Positions 10,411 to 19,260 of a stretch of 64,000 bases of DNA are shown here, piece by piece. A program made the translations under genes and the position numbers. The stretch is taken from the NCBI GenBank assembly GCA_963820825.1, contig CAWGBN010000006.1:160001-224000 (forward strand), in the 5' to 3' direction. This DNA is from Vulcanimicrobiota bacterium (GTDB taxonomy: Bacteria; Vulcanimicrobiota; Vulcanimicrobiia; Vulcanimicrobiales; Vulcanimicrobiaceae). How positions within the stretch are numbered: the stretch's first letter is position 1; the number at the start of each line of letters is the position of its first letter. Under the pieces are notes generated by a model. That model saw only the letters and a list, made by a program, of their open reading frames with translations, was not told the DNA's origin and ran no database searches.

Positions 10411-11567
10411 GATCGTGCGAGCAATTCGGCGATGCGTTCGGCGATCCGGTGCGACGCGCCCGGCGCCCCCATCCGCGACCGCCCGATCGCGCCCATGCGC
10501 GCGCGGCGCGCCGGGTCGTCCAAAATCTCCGCGACGCCCCGCGACGCGTCGCTCGCACCACCGGGAAGAACCGCGAGCGATTCGCCGAGCAGCCCTCGCT
10601 GGCGGCGGCGATACCAGCTCGACGTGCGATCCGATTCGCGTTCGAAGGCGATGACCGGAAGCGCGGCCGCCGCGGCGGCTTCGTTCGCGGTTCCCGCTTG
10701 GCCGAGAACGAGGACGACGCGTCCGAGCAGTGGGCCGAGCGGACCTTGCCAGCCGCGGACGATCTCGCGTCCGGCGCGGCTCAAGACGAACGGCACGCCC
10801 GGATGTGCCCCCGGCGCAACCTCCCAGCCGGCGCTGCGAGCGCCGCGGGCAAAGCGAGCCGGATCGAGTCCGGGCGCGACCGAGAGCACCGCGCCGAGCC
10901 GCTCCCGAGATGCTGCGAGCTCGCCGACGACGTCGAGGAGAAAGGCCGCATCGTCGTACGCGCTCTCTCGGCTTCCCGGAAAGAGCGCCAGCGCTGGCGC
11001 GAATCCGCTCACGGCGGCTTCGACACGCGGATCGTCCGGCGCGGCAAAGAGATCGACGATTGCGTTGGCCGCATCCGCTTCAACGCCGTGGCTTCGCAAT
11101 GCGAGCGCGGTTGCGTCGTCGCGCACGAAGCGGAGCGCGGCACGGGCCATGACCTGCCGTTCAAAGGGCCCGTATGGGGCGACCTCAACGCTCTTTGCCG
11201 TCCCGACGAATACCGCCGGCGCGCGCGTCAACAGCGTCATCGCGAGCGCGTATACGTCGCCGACCGCGACCGCCGCGTCGTACGCACCGCGCGCCTTCCG
11301 CAGGAACTTCGCCTGTGCCCACGTCAATCCGAGGAGACCGGCGCGCAGATCGCTCGCGAGATTGCGCGCGTTTCCCATTGCGATCAATCCGCCGCTGGGC
11401 AGCGCGCGACGCGGTCCGACGTCGCGCAGCTCGGTACCGAACCGGTCGCCGACGAGTGCGAGATGATCGAGCCGAGCGTCGGGCCGGCGCGTGCGAAGCT
11501 CGGCACCGATGCGCTGCGCGATCGCAGCCTCTCCGTGACCGTTGGTAACGAAGAGCACGCGATTCAC
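10407..11567 (-). CDS. Lipid-A-disaccharide synthase-related GT-B protein
   Basis: VLFVTNGHGE, LPSGG, AVGD, LFPGSR and QAGTANE motifs, typical of LpxB-related proteins. Confidence 0.8.
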   Translation of the reverse strand: MNRVLFVTNGHGEAAIAQRIGAELRTRRPDARLDHLALVGDRFGTELRDVGPRRALPSGGLIAMGNARNLASDLRAGLLGLTWAQAKFLRKARGAYDAAVAVGDVYALAMTLLTRAPAVFVGTAKSVEVAPYGPFERQVMARAALRFVRDDATALALRSHGVEADAANAIVDLFAAPDDPRVEAAVSGFAPALALFPGSRESAYDDAAFLLDVVGELAASRERLGAVLSVAPGLDPARFARGARSAGWEVAPGAHPGVPFVLSRAGREIVRGWQGPLGPLLGRVVLVLGQAGTANEAAAAAALPVIAFERESDRTSSWYRRRQRGLLGESLAVLPGGASDASRGVAEILDDPARRARMGAIGRSRMGAPGASHRIAERIAELLARS

Positions 11568-12313
11568 GCCGCGCCGCGTTCCAGCAGCGGAACGAGGGCG
11601 AACCCGGCCAGCGAGAATCGCCGCCGTTGCGGGTCGTACTCGAGCTCGCTGCGCGAAACGAAACGCCCGTAGGGACCGGCGTGCACGATCGGAACGGCTC
11701 CGGCATACTCCGGCTCGACCAGCGTGTCGTGACTATGCCCGCCGAGGATGAGATCGATGCGCGGTACGACCGCGGCGAGCCGACGGTCGAGCCGTAGCCC
11801 AACGTGCGAGAGCACGACCAAACAATCGCCCTCGGGAATTTGGCTTGCGTATGGCGCCACGGCGCTCCACGGCTCGAGAAAACGCCAGCCGAAGAGGCGC
11901 TCCCAGTTGCTTCCCGTTCGATACTGCATGACGAGCAGGCCGAGTACGTGCACCCGGACCGGCTCGCCGCTGTCGCCGGTTACGTCGAATCGGATCGACG
12001 GCAGAAAGGGCAACGCCCGACCCTTCGTGTCTTGCAGGTTGGTGCAGACGAGCGGATGGTGCATGCGCGCGGCGCGCGCGCGAAGCAACGCGAAGAGATA
12101 GTGAAATTCGCGATTGCCGATCGCTTGGGCGTCGTAACCCGCCGCATCCATCTCGGCAACGATCGGCTCGTCGCGATAGTAGAGGCTTTGGCTCCCCCGC
12201 AGCGAGTCGCCGCAATCGAAGAGCAGTCCCGGGTGCGCCGCGCGCAGCGCGCGCAGCGGCGCCACGATCCCTCGCCGGTCGTGGAGATCCGACGTGTGAT
12301 AGATGCGGATCAT
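11564..12313 (-). CDS. Calcineurin-like metallophosphoesterase (5'-nucleotidase N-terminal-type domain only)
   Basis: HTSDLH, DCGD, GNREFH, LSHVG and GGHSH metal-binding motifs. ATG 12313 overlaps the lpxB TGA. Confidence 0.88.
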   Translation of the reverse strand: MIRIYHTSDLHDRRGIVAPLRALRAAHPGLLFDCGDSLRGSQSLYYRDEPIVAEMDAAGYDAQAIGNREFHYLFALLRARAARMHHPLVCTNLQDTKGRALPFLPSIRFDVTGDSGEPVRVHVLGLLVMQYRTGSNWERLFGWRFLEPWSAVAPYASQIPEGDCLVVLSHVGLRLDRRLAAVVPRIDLILGGHSHDTLVEPEYAGAVPIVHAGPYGRFVSRSELEYDPQRRRFSLAGFALVPLLERGAA

Positions 12314-13425
12314 GCTGCGCCGCGCGCCAGCTCGACCGCGTACCGCGCGCAACGCTCGAGCGCGTCTGCAGGTCCGAGCGCCGCGCGCAAGGCGACGAAC
12401 TCTTCGTATTGCCGCGCGGGTTGCGCCATCAGCGATTCGATAGTAGCGGCAAGTGCCTCCGGCGTTGCCCGTTCCTGCAGCAACTCGGGGACGACCTCGC
12501 GTCCCAGTACGAGGTTCGGCAGCGTAATGAACCGGTGCTTGATCATTCGGTGCCCGTACCGGATAAGAATCGGCGGGATGACGTAGATTGCGACGGCCGG
12601 TACGCCGAGCAGCGCCGTCTCCAAGACCGCCGTCCCCGAGGCGACGATTGCCGCGTCGGCATCCTCGACCGCGGCGCCAACGCCGCGTGCGACGCTCACA
12701 TCCTTGAGCTTCTCGTCGTCGATCGAACGCCGGATCGATCGTTGCGCGCGATCGTCCGCCGCTCCGAATATACCGCGAAGGCGCGGCCGCCGCGATTGCA
12801 GCGCGCGCAGCGTCGCCGCCATGACCGGCAGATGCCGGCGCAGCTCGCCCGAGCGGCTCCCGGGCAACATCGCGACCGTTCCGCCGTCGGGCGAAGGCGC
12901 GTCGCGCAGCGGCCGCATCGCGTACCGGCTCGCCAACGGATGGCCGAAGAACTCGATACCGCAGCCGAGACTTCGATAGAAATCGTACTGGTGTTTGAAT
13001 GCCGTCACCGGCGCGGCAACGGCGGCAACGTTGCGCGCTTTCTCCGCGTTGTCGAGCCACGTACCGGGCGGAAAGAGATCCACGATCGGACCGGCGTAAT
13101 GCAAACGGCGGCGCAGCGTATTCGCCAATCGCAGATTGAAGACGCCGAAATCGACCAGCACGACCAAGTCCGGCTTCGACGCCACGATGTGGAAGGCCGT
13201 GCGCAGCATCGCGGCCAGCAGCTTGGGAATCCGCGGTATCGCCGCGAGCGGACCCATGCTCGCCCAGCCGCGGTGATTCATCCAAAGACGAAATCCTGCG
13301 TCTCGCATTCGAGTCCCACCGATTCCCTCGAACTCTGCTTGCGGATCGATTCTCCGAATGGCGTCGGCGAGTAGAATCGCCATCGCTTCGCCACTCGGCT
13401 CCCCCGTTGAAAAGAAGTACCGCAC
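12310..13425 (-). CDS. lpxB: Lipid-A-disaccharide synthase
   Basis: STGEPSGE, EGIGG, VLVDFGVFN, FFGHPL, LPGSRSGE, ASGTAVLE and ITLPNL motifs; GTG start at 13425. Confidence 0.93.
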   Translation of the reverse strand: MRYFFSTGEPSGEAMAILLADAIRRIDPQAEFEGIGGTRMRDAGFRLWMNHRGWASMGPLAAIPRIPKLLAAMLRTAFHIVASKPDLVVLVDFGVFNLRLANTLRRRLHYAGPIVDLFPPGTWLDNAEKARNVAAVAAPVTAFKHQYDFYRSLGCGIEFFGHPLASRYAMRPLRDAPSPDGGTVAMLPGSRSGELRRHLPVMAATLRALQSRRPRLRGIFGAADDRAQRSIRRSIDDEKLKDVSVARGVGAAVEDADAAIVASGTAVLETALLGVPAVAIYVIPPILIRYGHRMIKHRFITLPNLVLGREVVPELLQERATPEALAATIESLMAQPARQYEEFVALRAALGPADALERCARYAVELARGAA

Positions 13426-13429
13426 GCTA

Positions 13430-13601
13430 ACTGCTTCTGCGCCGGCCGCGACGTGCCGCGTCGGGGTCGCTCGTCGCCCGCATCCTGCGGGCTCCTGCTG
13501 CACCGCGCTCGCGCCGCCTGCTAAGAAAAATTATGACCTCCTGTCAGTGGCGCTCGCGTCGGAGGCCCCTCCACGGCACGTCGCAGCCGGCGAAGCGCAG
13601 T
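13430..13601 (-). repeat. Structured intergenic element, copy 2 (lpxA to lpxB)
   Basis: 18-bp terminal inverted repeat (13441-13458 / 13574-13591, 1 mismatch). Core blocks 13491-13515 and 13548-13564 are identical to copy 1. Confidence 0.85.
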
Positions 13602-13611
13602 CGCGGCGATG

Positions 13612-14379
13612 CTACTTTAAGACACCGCGCTGTGATGGGGCCTCTAGAAAGGCGATGATCTCGCGACCTGGATCGGTCGTCACTTGCTGCTTCATCGCCT
13701 CGATTGCTTGAGAGACATTGAGTTTGGGATCGTAAAGGAGCTTGTAGAAGTCCTTGATCTCTTTGCGCTCTTCGGCCGAGAAGGCTGCGCGGCGCAGTCC
13801 GACGCTGTTGAGGCCGTAGGGCCGGCACGGGTTGCCTTCGACGAGAAAGAACGGCGGCACGTCTTTGATGCACTTGCTCATTCCGCCGACCATCGCGTTG
13901 CGCCCGATGCGCGTGAACTGATGGACGCCGGTCTGGCCGCCGATCGTCACGTAGTCGCCGACGTGCACGTGTCCGGCGAGCTGCGCGAGATTGCTCATCG
14001 TCACGCCGTTGCCGAGAATGCAGTTGTGCGCGATGTGCACGTAGGCGAGCAGCAGGCAATCGTCGCCGACGGCGGTGACTTCGTCGTATCCGGTCGCGCG
14101 CTGAATGCTGACGTATTCGCGCAGCGTCGTGCGGTTGCCGACGCGTGTATACGCCCGCTCGCCGGCGTACTTGCGGTCCTGCGAGGCCGCTCCCACGGTC
14201 GAGAACGGATAGAGGACGCAATCGTCGCCGATCTCCGTCCAGCCGTTGACCACGACGTGCGCCTGCAGTACCGTGCGCGCGCCGATGCTGACGTGCTCGC
14301 CGACGATGCAGTAGGGGCCGATCTCCGCGTTCTTTCCGATCTCCGCCTGCGGATGGACGATCGCGCTGGGATGCAGCAT
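13612..14379 (-). CDS. lpxA: Acyl-ACP--UDP-N-acetylglucosamine O-acyltransferase
   Basis: Hexapeptide repeats; QDRKY, HIAHNC, LAGHV, VHQF and LNSVGLRR motifs. Confidence 0.97.
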   Translation of the reverse strand: MLHPSAIVHPQAEIGKNAEIGPYCIVGEHVSIGARTVLQAHVVVNGWTEIGDDCVLYPFSTVGAASQDRKYAGERAYTRVGNRTTLREYVSIQRATGYDEVTAVGDDCLLLAYVHIAHNCILGNGVTMSNLAQLAGHVHVGDYVTIGGQTGVHQFTRIGRNAMVGGMSKCIKDVPPFFLVEGNPCRPYGLNSVGLRRAAFSAEERKEIKDFYKLLYDPKLNVSQAIEAMKQQVTTDPGREIIAFLEAPSQRGVLK

Positions 14380-14397
14380 TAAAGCCGCTCGGCGCTC

Positions 14398-14877
14398 TCA
14401 GACATGCAGTACGCTGGCGTCGGCGCCGAACATGCGCGGGTCTGACACGATCGAGAACATTATCTCCGCGGAGCAGGCGAACTGGCCGTCGACCGTCGCC
14501 TCGCCGGTCACCCAGCCGATGTTTCGCTTGTGGCGCAACATCCGCACTTCCATGTCGAGCCGGTCGCCGGGCACGACCGGACGGCGGAACTTCGCTTTGT
14601 CGATGCCGGCGAGATACGGCGTCTTGCGCGAGAACTCGCCGGGCTCGAGGATCATCGCGCCGCCGAGCTGCGCGAGCGCTTCGATCATGTAGACGCCGGG
14701 CAGAACGGGATTTCCCGGGAAGTGTCCGGCAAAGATCTGCTCGTTGTACGTGATGTTCTTATAACCGCGAACGCGAACCATCGGCTCGAACTCGAGAATT
14801 CGGTCGACGAGCAGCATCGGGTAGCGGTGCGGCAATACTTCGAAGATCGCGCGAATATCGAGCTCGGCCAACGTCAT
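14398..14877 (-). CDS. fabZ: 3-hydroxyacyl-ACP dehydratase
   Basis: LPHRYPMLLVDR, GHFPGNPVLPGV.IEALAQ and FRRPVVPGD motifs. Confidence 0.97.
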   Translation of the reverse strand: MTLAELDIRAIFEVLPHRYPMLLVDRILEFEPMVRVRGYKNITYNEQIFAGHFPGNPVLPGVYMIEALAQLGGAMILEPGEFSRKTPYLAGIDKAKFRRPVVPGDRLDMEVRMLRHKRNIGWVTGEATVDGQFACSAEIMFSIVSDPRMFGADASVLHV

Positions 14878-14880
14878 CTC

Positions 14881-15702
14881 CTAGGCGGACGGAACGCTTA
14901 CGTGGGCGCGCAGTGCGCGCGTCATCGCTGCATGGAGTTCGTGACCGCTCTTGATCGCGACGACTTCACACTGCGGCCACGATCCGAGCAGCGCAAAATC
15001 GCCGATCAGATCGAGTACTTTGTGGCGTACCGGCTCGTCGGGCCAGCGCAGGGGCTGCATCGGCCCGTCGGGCGCGAAGACGAGCGCGTTCTCGAGGCTT
15101 CCGCCGCGTCCCAAGCCGCGCGCCCACAACGCCTCGATCTCGTGCAGATAGGCAAAGGTTCGCGCGCCGGCGATTTCCGTTCGATAACGCGCCGGGTCGA
15201 TCGTTTCGTTGAAATACTGCGTGCCGATCGGTGGGGGGAAATCGGCGACGAAACGTACTCGGAACGCCTCCGCCGGAAAGATCGCAATCATCCGGTCGCC
15301 GGCGCGAATCCAGAGCGGCGTCTCGATCTCCAAGATCCGCCGCGGTTGCGGCTGCGCGGCTAAGCCGCAGGCTTCGATCGCCGCAACGAACTCGGCGGCG
15401 CTTCCGTCCCGAGCCGGAATCTCCGGGCCGTCGACGTGGATCTCCGCATTCGTCACCCCCATTGCGAAGAGCGCGGAGAGCAGATGCTCGGTCGTGGATA
15501 CGGTCGATCCGTTGCGCCCGAGCACGGTCGCGCGCGACGTATCCACAATGTTCTCGGCGAGCGCGGGCACGCGCGTATTCCCGAGCACGAAGCTTATTCC
15601 GTCATCGGGGGGAGCCGGTCGAACCTCCACTGCAGCAGGCGCGCCCGTATGAAGACCGATTCCTTCGAAGTGGAGCGGGGTGCGTAGCGTCGCTTGCGTC
15701 AC
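14881..15702 (-). CDS. lpxC: UDP-3-O-acyl-GlcNAc deacetylase
   Basis: GIGLHTG, TTEHLLSAL, DGSA, IAGARTF, RHKVLDLIGD and KSGH motifs. Confidence 0.97.
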   Translation of the reverse strand: MTQATLRTPLHFEGIGLHTGAPAAVEVRPAPPDDGISFVLGNTRVPALAENIVDTSRATVLGRNGSTVSTTEHLLSALFAMGVTNAEIHVDGPEIPARDGSAAEFVAAIEACGLAAQPQPRRILEIETPLWIRAGDRMIAIFPAEAFRVRFVADFPPPIGTQYFNETIDPARYRTEIAGARTFAYLHEIEALWARGLGRGGSLENALVFAPDGPMQPLRWPDEPVRHKVLDLIGDFALLGSWPQCEVVAIKSGHELHAAMTRALRAHVSVPSA

Positions 15703-15708
15703 GCGGCG

Positions 15709-16728
15709 TCAATCGTCCGAGCGCGAGCGCTCGAGAGCCTTAACACGATCGAACAGCTTTGGCAGCTTGCGAATCATGACCTCTTGACGGAGATCCTCGC
15801 GATGATCGCGCGCCGGGTTGCCGGAGATGGTGGCGCCGTCGGCGACGTCACCCCAGACGCCGGATCGCCCGGCGATGGTTACGTGCGAACCGACGGTCAT
15901 GTGACCCCGGAAACCGACCTGACCGGCAACCTTGACGTAATCGCCGATGACCGTCGAGCCTGCGAGTCCGGTCAGCGACGCGATGACGCAATGCTTGCCA
16001 ATTCGAGAGTTGTGGCCGATCTGAACGAGATTGTCGATCTTGGTTCCCGCGCCGATTCGGGTGCTGCCGGTCTGCGCGCGATCGATGCACGTGTTCGCAC
16101 CGACCTCCACGTCGTCTTCGAGTACGACGTTTCCGACCTGCGGGATGCGCTCGGCACGCCCGTCGACGAACGCCCACCCGAAGCCCTCGCTGCCGATCAC
16201 GCACCCGGCGTGCAGAACCACGCGATCGCCGAGCTGGGCTCCCGCCATGACGCAGACGCGCGGATGGATCCAGACCGAGCTTCCGATGGCGACGCCGTCG
16301 CCGACGTAGGCTCCCGCCTCGACGACGCTGCCGTCGCCGATCGCGGCCCCGCTGCCGATGTAAACGTGCGCACCGATGTAGACGCCGGCCCCGAGTCGCG
16401 CGTCGTCGGCGACGACGGCGCTGGGATCGCGAAACGATCCGCGCGGCCGCGCCGGGCGGAAGGCGTCCAGCAACTGCGCGAGCGCTTGACGCACGTTCTC
16501 GACGACAATGAGCGGCTTTGCTGCCGCCTTCGGCGCCAAAGAAGCCTCCACGACGATCGCTGCCGCCTTGCCGGCGAGCGCGGTCTCGAGGTACTTGTCG
16601 CTGGTCGCGAAGGTCAACGCGTCCCCGCCTGCCTCGTCAACGGTGCTGATACGCGCGATGCGAATGCTTCCGTCGCCGGCAACGCGTCCACCGATGCGCG
16701 CAGCGAGTTCAGCGAGCGTACCCAGCAT
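15709..16728 (-). CDS. lpxD: UDP-3-O-(3-hydroxyacyl)glucosamine N-acyltransferase
   Basis: MLGTLAELA start; hexapeptide repeats; IGSEGFG, IPQVG and TKIDNLVQIGHN motifs. Confidence 0.96.
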   Translation of the reverse strand: MLGTLAELAARIGGRVAGDGSIRIARISTVDEAGGDALTFATSDKYLETALAGKAAAIVVEASLAPKAAAKPLIVVENVRQALAQLLDAFRPARPRGSFRDPSAVVADDARLGAGVYIGAHVYIGSGAAIGDGSVVEAGAYVGDGVAIGSSVWIHPRVCVMAGAQLGDRVVLHAGCVIGSEGFGWAFVDGRAERIPQVGNVVLEDDVEVGANTCIDRAQTGSTRIGAGTKIDNLVQIGHNSRIGKHCVIASLTGLAGSTVIGDYVKVAGQVGFRGHMTVGSHVTIAGRSGVWGDVADGATISGNPARDHREDLRQEVMIRKLPKLFDRVKALERSRSDD

Positions 16729-16742
16729 GACTCTCCAGGCCG

Positions 16743-17150
16743 CTACTTGCCCGGCGTGGGCGTCGCCTTCTCCGTAATGTTGAGCGCCTTCTCGACGTCG
16801 GCGGTGATGTCCACGCCGCCGTAACCGATTCCCTCGCGCGTCAAGACGAGCTTGAGCTGCCGCTGGGAGGCGATTCGACCGGCCGCATCGCGGATCTGCT
16901 GGGAGAGCGCATTGGTGACCCGTTCGTACTTGCGCTGCAGATCGAAGGCCGCGCGCTGCTTGCGCGCCGAGCTCTCGCGCCGCGACTGAATCGAGCGCTC
17001 GTCGTTGTAGAGCTGGTTCTGATAGCCCTGATACTCGGGCCAGTTCGCGACGATCCGCTGCACGTCGACGAGTCCGATCGGACTCTTCGGCGCGCATCCG
17101 GCCAGCGCCGCCGCGGCGCTAAAGAACAGAACGTACGCGTATCTTTTCAT
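16743..17150 (-). CDS. Short Skp/OmpH-like protein with lipobox
   Basis: ALAGC lipobox; IGLVDVQRI N-terminal strand and YGGVDITADV C-terminal motif of OmpH. Confidence 0.75.
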   Translation of the reverse strand: MKRYAYVLFFSAAAALAGCAPKSPIGLVDVQRIVANWPEYQGYQNQLYNDERSIQSRRESSARKQRAAFDLQRKYERVTNALSQQIRDAAGRIASQRQLKLVLTREGIGYGGVDITADVEKALNITEKATPTPGK

Positions 17151-18403
17151 TCGTGTTGACTCTCGACGTCGCTGATCACTTGGTTCGTTAAGTCGTAGCC
17201 GCCCGCGGCCGCCCAAATATCTGAGAAGACGATGCTGAACCCCTTTTCCTTGGCGATGCGCTTCGCGTCCCGCTCTACCTGCCCCACGATCTGTTGGTAG
17301 AGTTCGCCGCGGCGCTTCTGGAGTGCGTCGAGCTCTCTCCCCGCCGCTCCGGTCGCCCCGACGTCCGCTCCGTGCAGCGCCGCAAACTGTCGATCGAGAT
17401 CGCTCTTGGTCGCGTTGTAATCTTGAACCGTCTTGGCCGCGTCGGCCTGAAATTCCCCGACGTACTGCCGATGGATTGCGGCGATGCGGTTCTGGACGTC
17501 GGGCGGAACGTTCGTCGGCATCGAGGGCGGCCCCAGGCTGCGCAACTGCGAGCCGACCTCGTTGCGCCGCTCCTCGAGCTTCGCTCGAGTCTGATCGTGA
17601 ATCGCGCCGACTTGGTTGCGCATCGCGTCGCCGGTTTGACGATCGAGCTCGGCGTGGTAGGCGCGCAGCGTCGCCGCGTCGGCGTTGCGCATCGTTTCGA
17701 GTGCGGCCGCCTCTTTTGCATTGATCGCCCCGAGCTGATCTTGGGCTTGTTTACGCGCCGCCGGATCGAGCGCGAGGTTCGAGAGCCGCATCTTGATTGC
17801 CAGGCGCGCGCCCGCGTCGCTCTGCGTCAAGCGAAGCGAGAGATCGGTCTCGTTCTGCTGGAGCTGCTCGGCTTTGGCACGATACTTTTGCGCCGCCTGG
17901 ATCTGCAGCTGCCTGGCGATCGAGGAGGTGGCGGCGCTGTCTTGCGAGATGACGTTCTGCTGGTAAGCCATGAGATCTTGATCGGCGGCTCGCGCCGCCT
18001 GCTGGACTTGCTGGGCCGAAGCGCCGCTCATCTGTGCGGCGGCAGAAGCCCCCGAACCGTGTATGCCGGCGGCGGCGAGCGCCGCCGAAATCGCCTGATT
18101 CTCGCGATTGGCATAATCCCGCTGCTTCAGCGCCAGAATCTTGTTCGCGCGCGTTTGCGCGTCGTAGAGCTCGCGATTGAGCTGCTTGGTCTGCGCGGCG
18201 ATCTGTGCCGCGCCGAGCGGCACCTGCCGCGGGGTGGATTGCAGGTTGATCGCTGCGATCGCGTCGTCGAGCTGCGAGAGCTGTCCGTAGAGCGGGTGGT
18301 GCTTGACGACGTCGGCTACTCGTATGTAGCCGGCCCCGCGAATCGCCGACGAGTGGACGTTCGGAGCGCAGGCGGCGACCGTCAAAAGTGCGGCGCACGT
18401 CAT
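17147..18403 (-). CDS. Long coiled-coil Skp/OmpH-like protein, probable lipoprotein
   Basis: LLTVAAC; GYIRVADVVKHHP near N-terminus; very long Q/A-rich helices; C-terminal IAKEKGFSIVF...GGYDLTNQV. Confidence 0.7.
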   Translation of the reverse strand: MTCAALLTVAACAPNVHSSAIRGAGYIRVADVVKHHPLYGQLSQLDDAIAAINLQSTPRQVPLGAAQIAAQTKQLNRELYDAQTRANKILALKQRDYANRENQAISAALAAAGIHGSGASAAAQMSGASAQQVQQAARAADQDLMAYQQNVISQDSAATSSIARQLQIQAAQKYRAKAEQLQQNETDLSLRLTQSDAGARLAIKMRLSNLALDPAARKQAQDQLGAINAKEAAALETMRNADAATLRAYHAELDRQTGDAMRNQVGAIHDQTRAKLEERRNEVGSQLRSLGPPSMPTNVPPDVQNRIAAIHRQYVGEFQADAAKTVQDYNATKSDLDRQFAALHGADVGATGAAGRELDALQKRRGELYQQIVGQVERDAKRIAKEKGFSIVFSDIWAAAGGYDLTNQVISDVESQHE

Positions 18404-18407
18404 GGCG

Positions 18408-19211
18408 CTACTTCGTAAGCTCATTTTGGACATCGGTCGTGATGTCCGTGCCCCCATAGATAACGTCGGCCTTGTCGATGACCAGCAGCAAGTTCTTCTT
18501 CCGGGCGACGTCGGCGGTCGCCGAACGCGTCTGATCGACCAGCGGCTTGAGCAGCTGCTCTTGCTTGTCGGAGATCGTTTTGTTGTACTGCTGGAGTATC
18601 TGCTGTTTGTCGCTCGCGCTGCGCGCGCTCGCGATTTGCGCCGAGAAGATCGAACGCTGCGTGCTCTCGAAGGAATTCATCGCGTTGTTCGCCGCTTGCA
18701 CCTTCGGCACGCCGTCGAGCACGTTCTGGTCGACGTAGCCGATCTCCGAGGGCGGCGGCGTCGCACTCGGCGGCTGGACCGCCTGCGAGCTCGCGAATAC
18801 CGCTTCGACGTCCTTGGTGATGTCTTGGCCCCCGTAGATCACGACGCGCTTGTCGACTATGACCGTGAGATTGCGGGAGGCGCTGACCGCAGCGATTGCA
18901 AGCTGCGCGCGCTGGAAGAGCGGACCGACGATCTCGCGCTGCTTATCGTTGAGCTGTTGCTGAAACTGCATGGCAACCTGCTGTTTCTCCGCATCGCTGC
19001 GCGCGTGCTTGACTTGCGCGTTGAACTGGGCGTCGAGCTGCGACTTATAGCCGGCCAGCTGCCGGTTCGCCACGATGAAGACCGGCAAGTTCGCAAGCTG
19101 CGCCTGATCGATGTACCCGACGTCCGTGAGATCCGCCGCAATCGCACCGCGCGCGCTCCATAAAGCGAGCGCGACGCCGCCGGCGAAGAGTATCGCTGAC
19201 CTAATCTTCAT
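18408..19211 (-). CDS. Tandem two-domain Skp/OmpH protein
   Basis: Signal peptide, then two repeats: VGYIDQ...YGGQDITKDV and IGYVDQ...YGGTDITTDV. Confidence 0.85.
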   Translation of the reverse strand: MKIRSAILFAGGVALALWSARGAIAADLTDVGYIDQAQLANLPVFIVANRQLAGYKSQLDAQFNAQVKHARSDAEKQQVAMQFQQQLNDKQREIVGPLFQRAQLAIAAVSASRNLTVIVDKRVVIYGGQDITKDVEAVFASSQAVQPPSATPPPSEIGYVDQNVLDGVPKVQAANNAMNSFESTQRSIFSAQIASARSASDKQQILQQYNKTISDKQEQLLKPLVDQTRSATADVARKKNLLLVIDKADVIYGGTDITTDVQNELTK

Positions 19212-19260
19212 GCGCGTTCTATTGGTCTCCCGGGCGGCGTGGCCTGCCGCGCTCGCGTGG

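Noticed and set aside
9100..11672. Long plus-strand ORFs (788 aa, 407 aa) and many similar shadow ORFs across the window
   Set aside because: Antisense or off-frame to well-supported genes, Arg/Ala-rich with no motifs; expected at this GC content.
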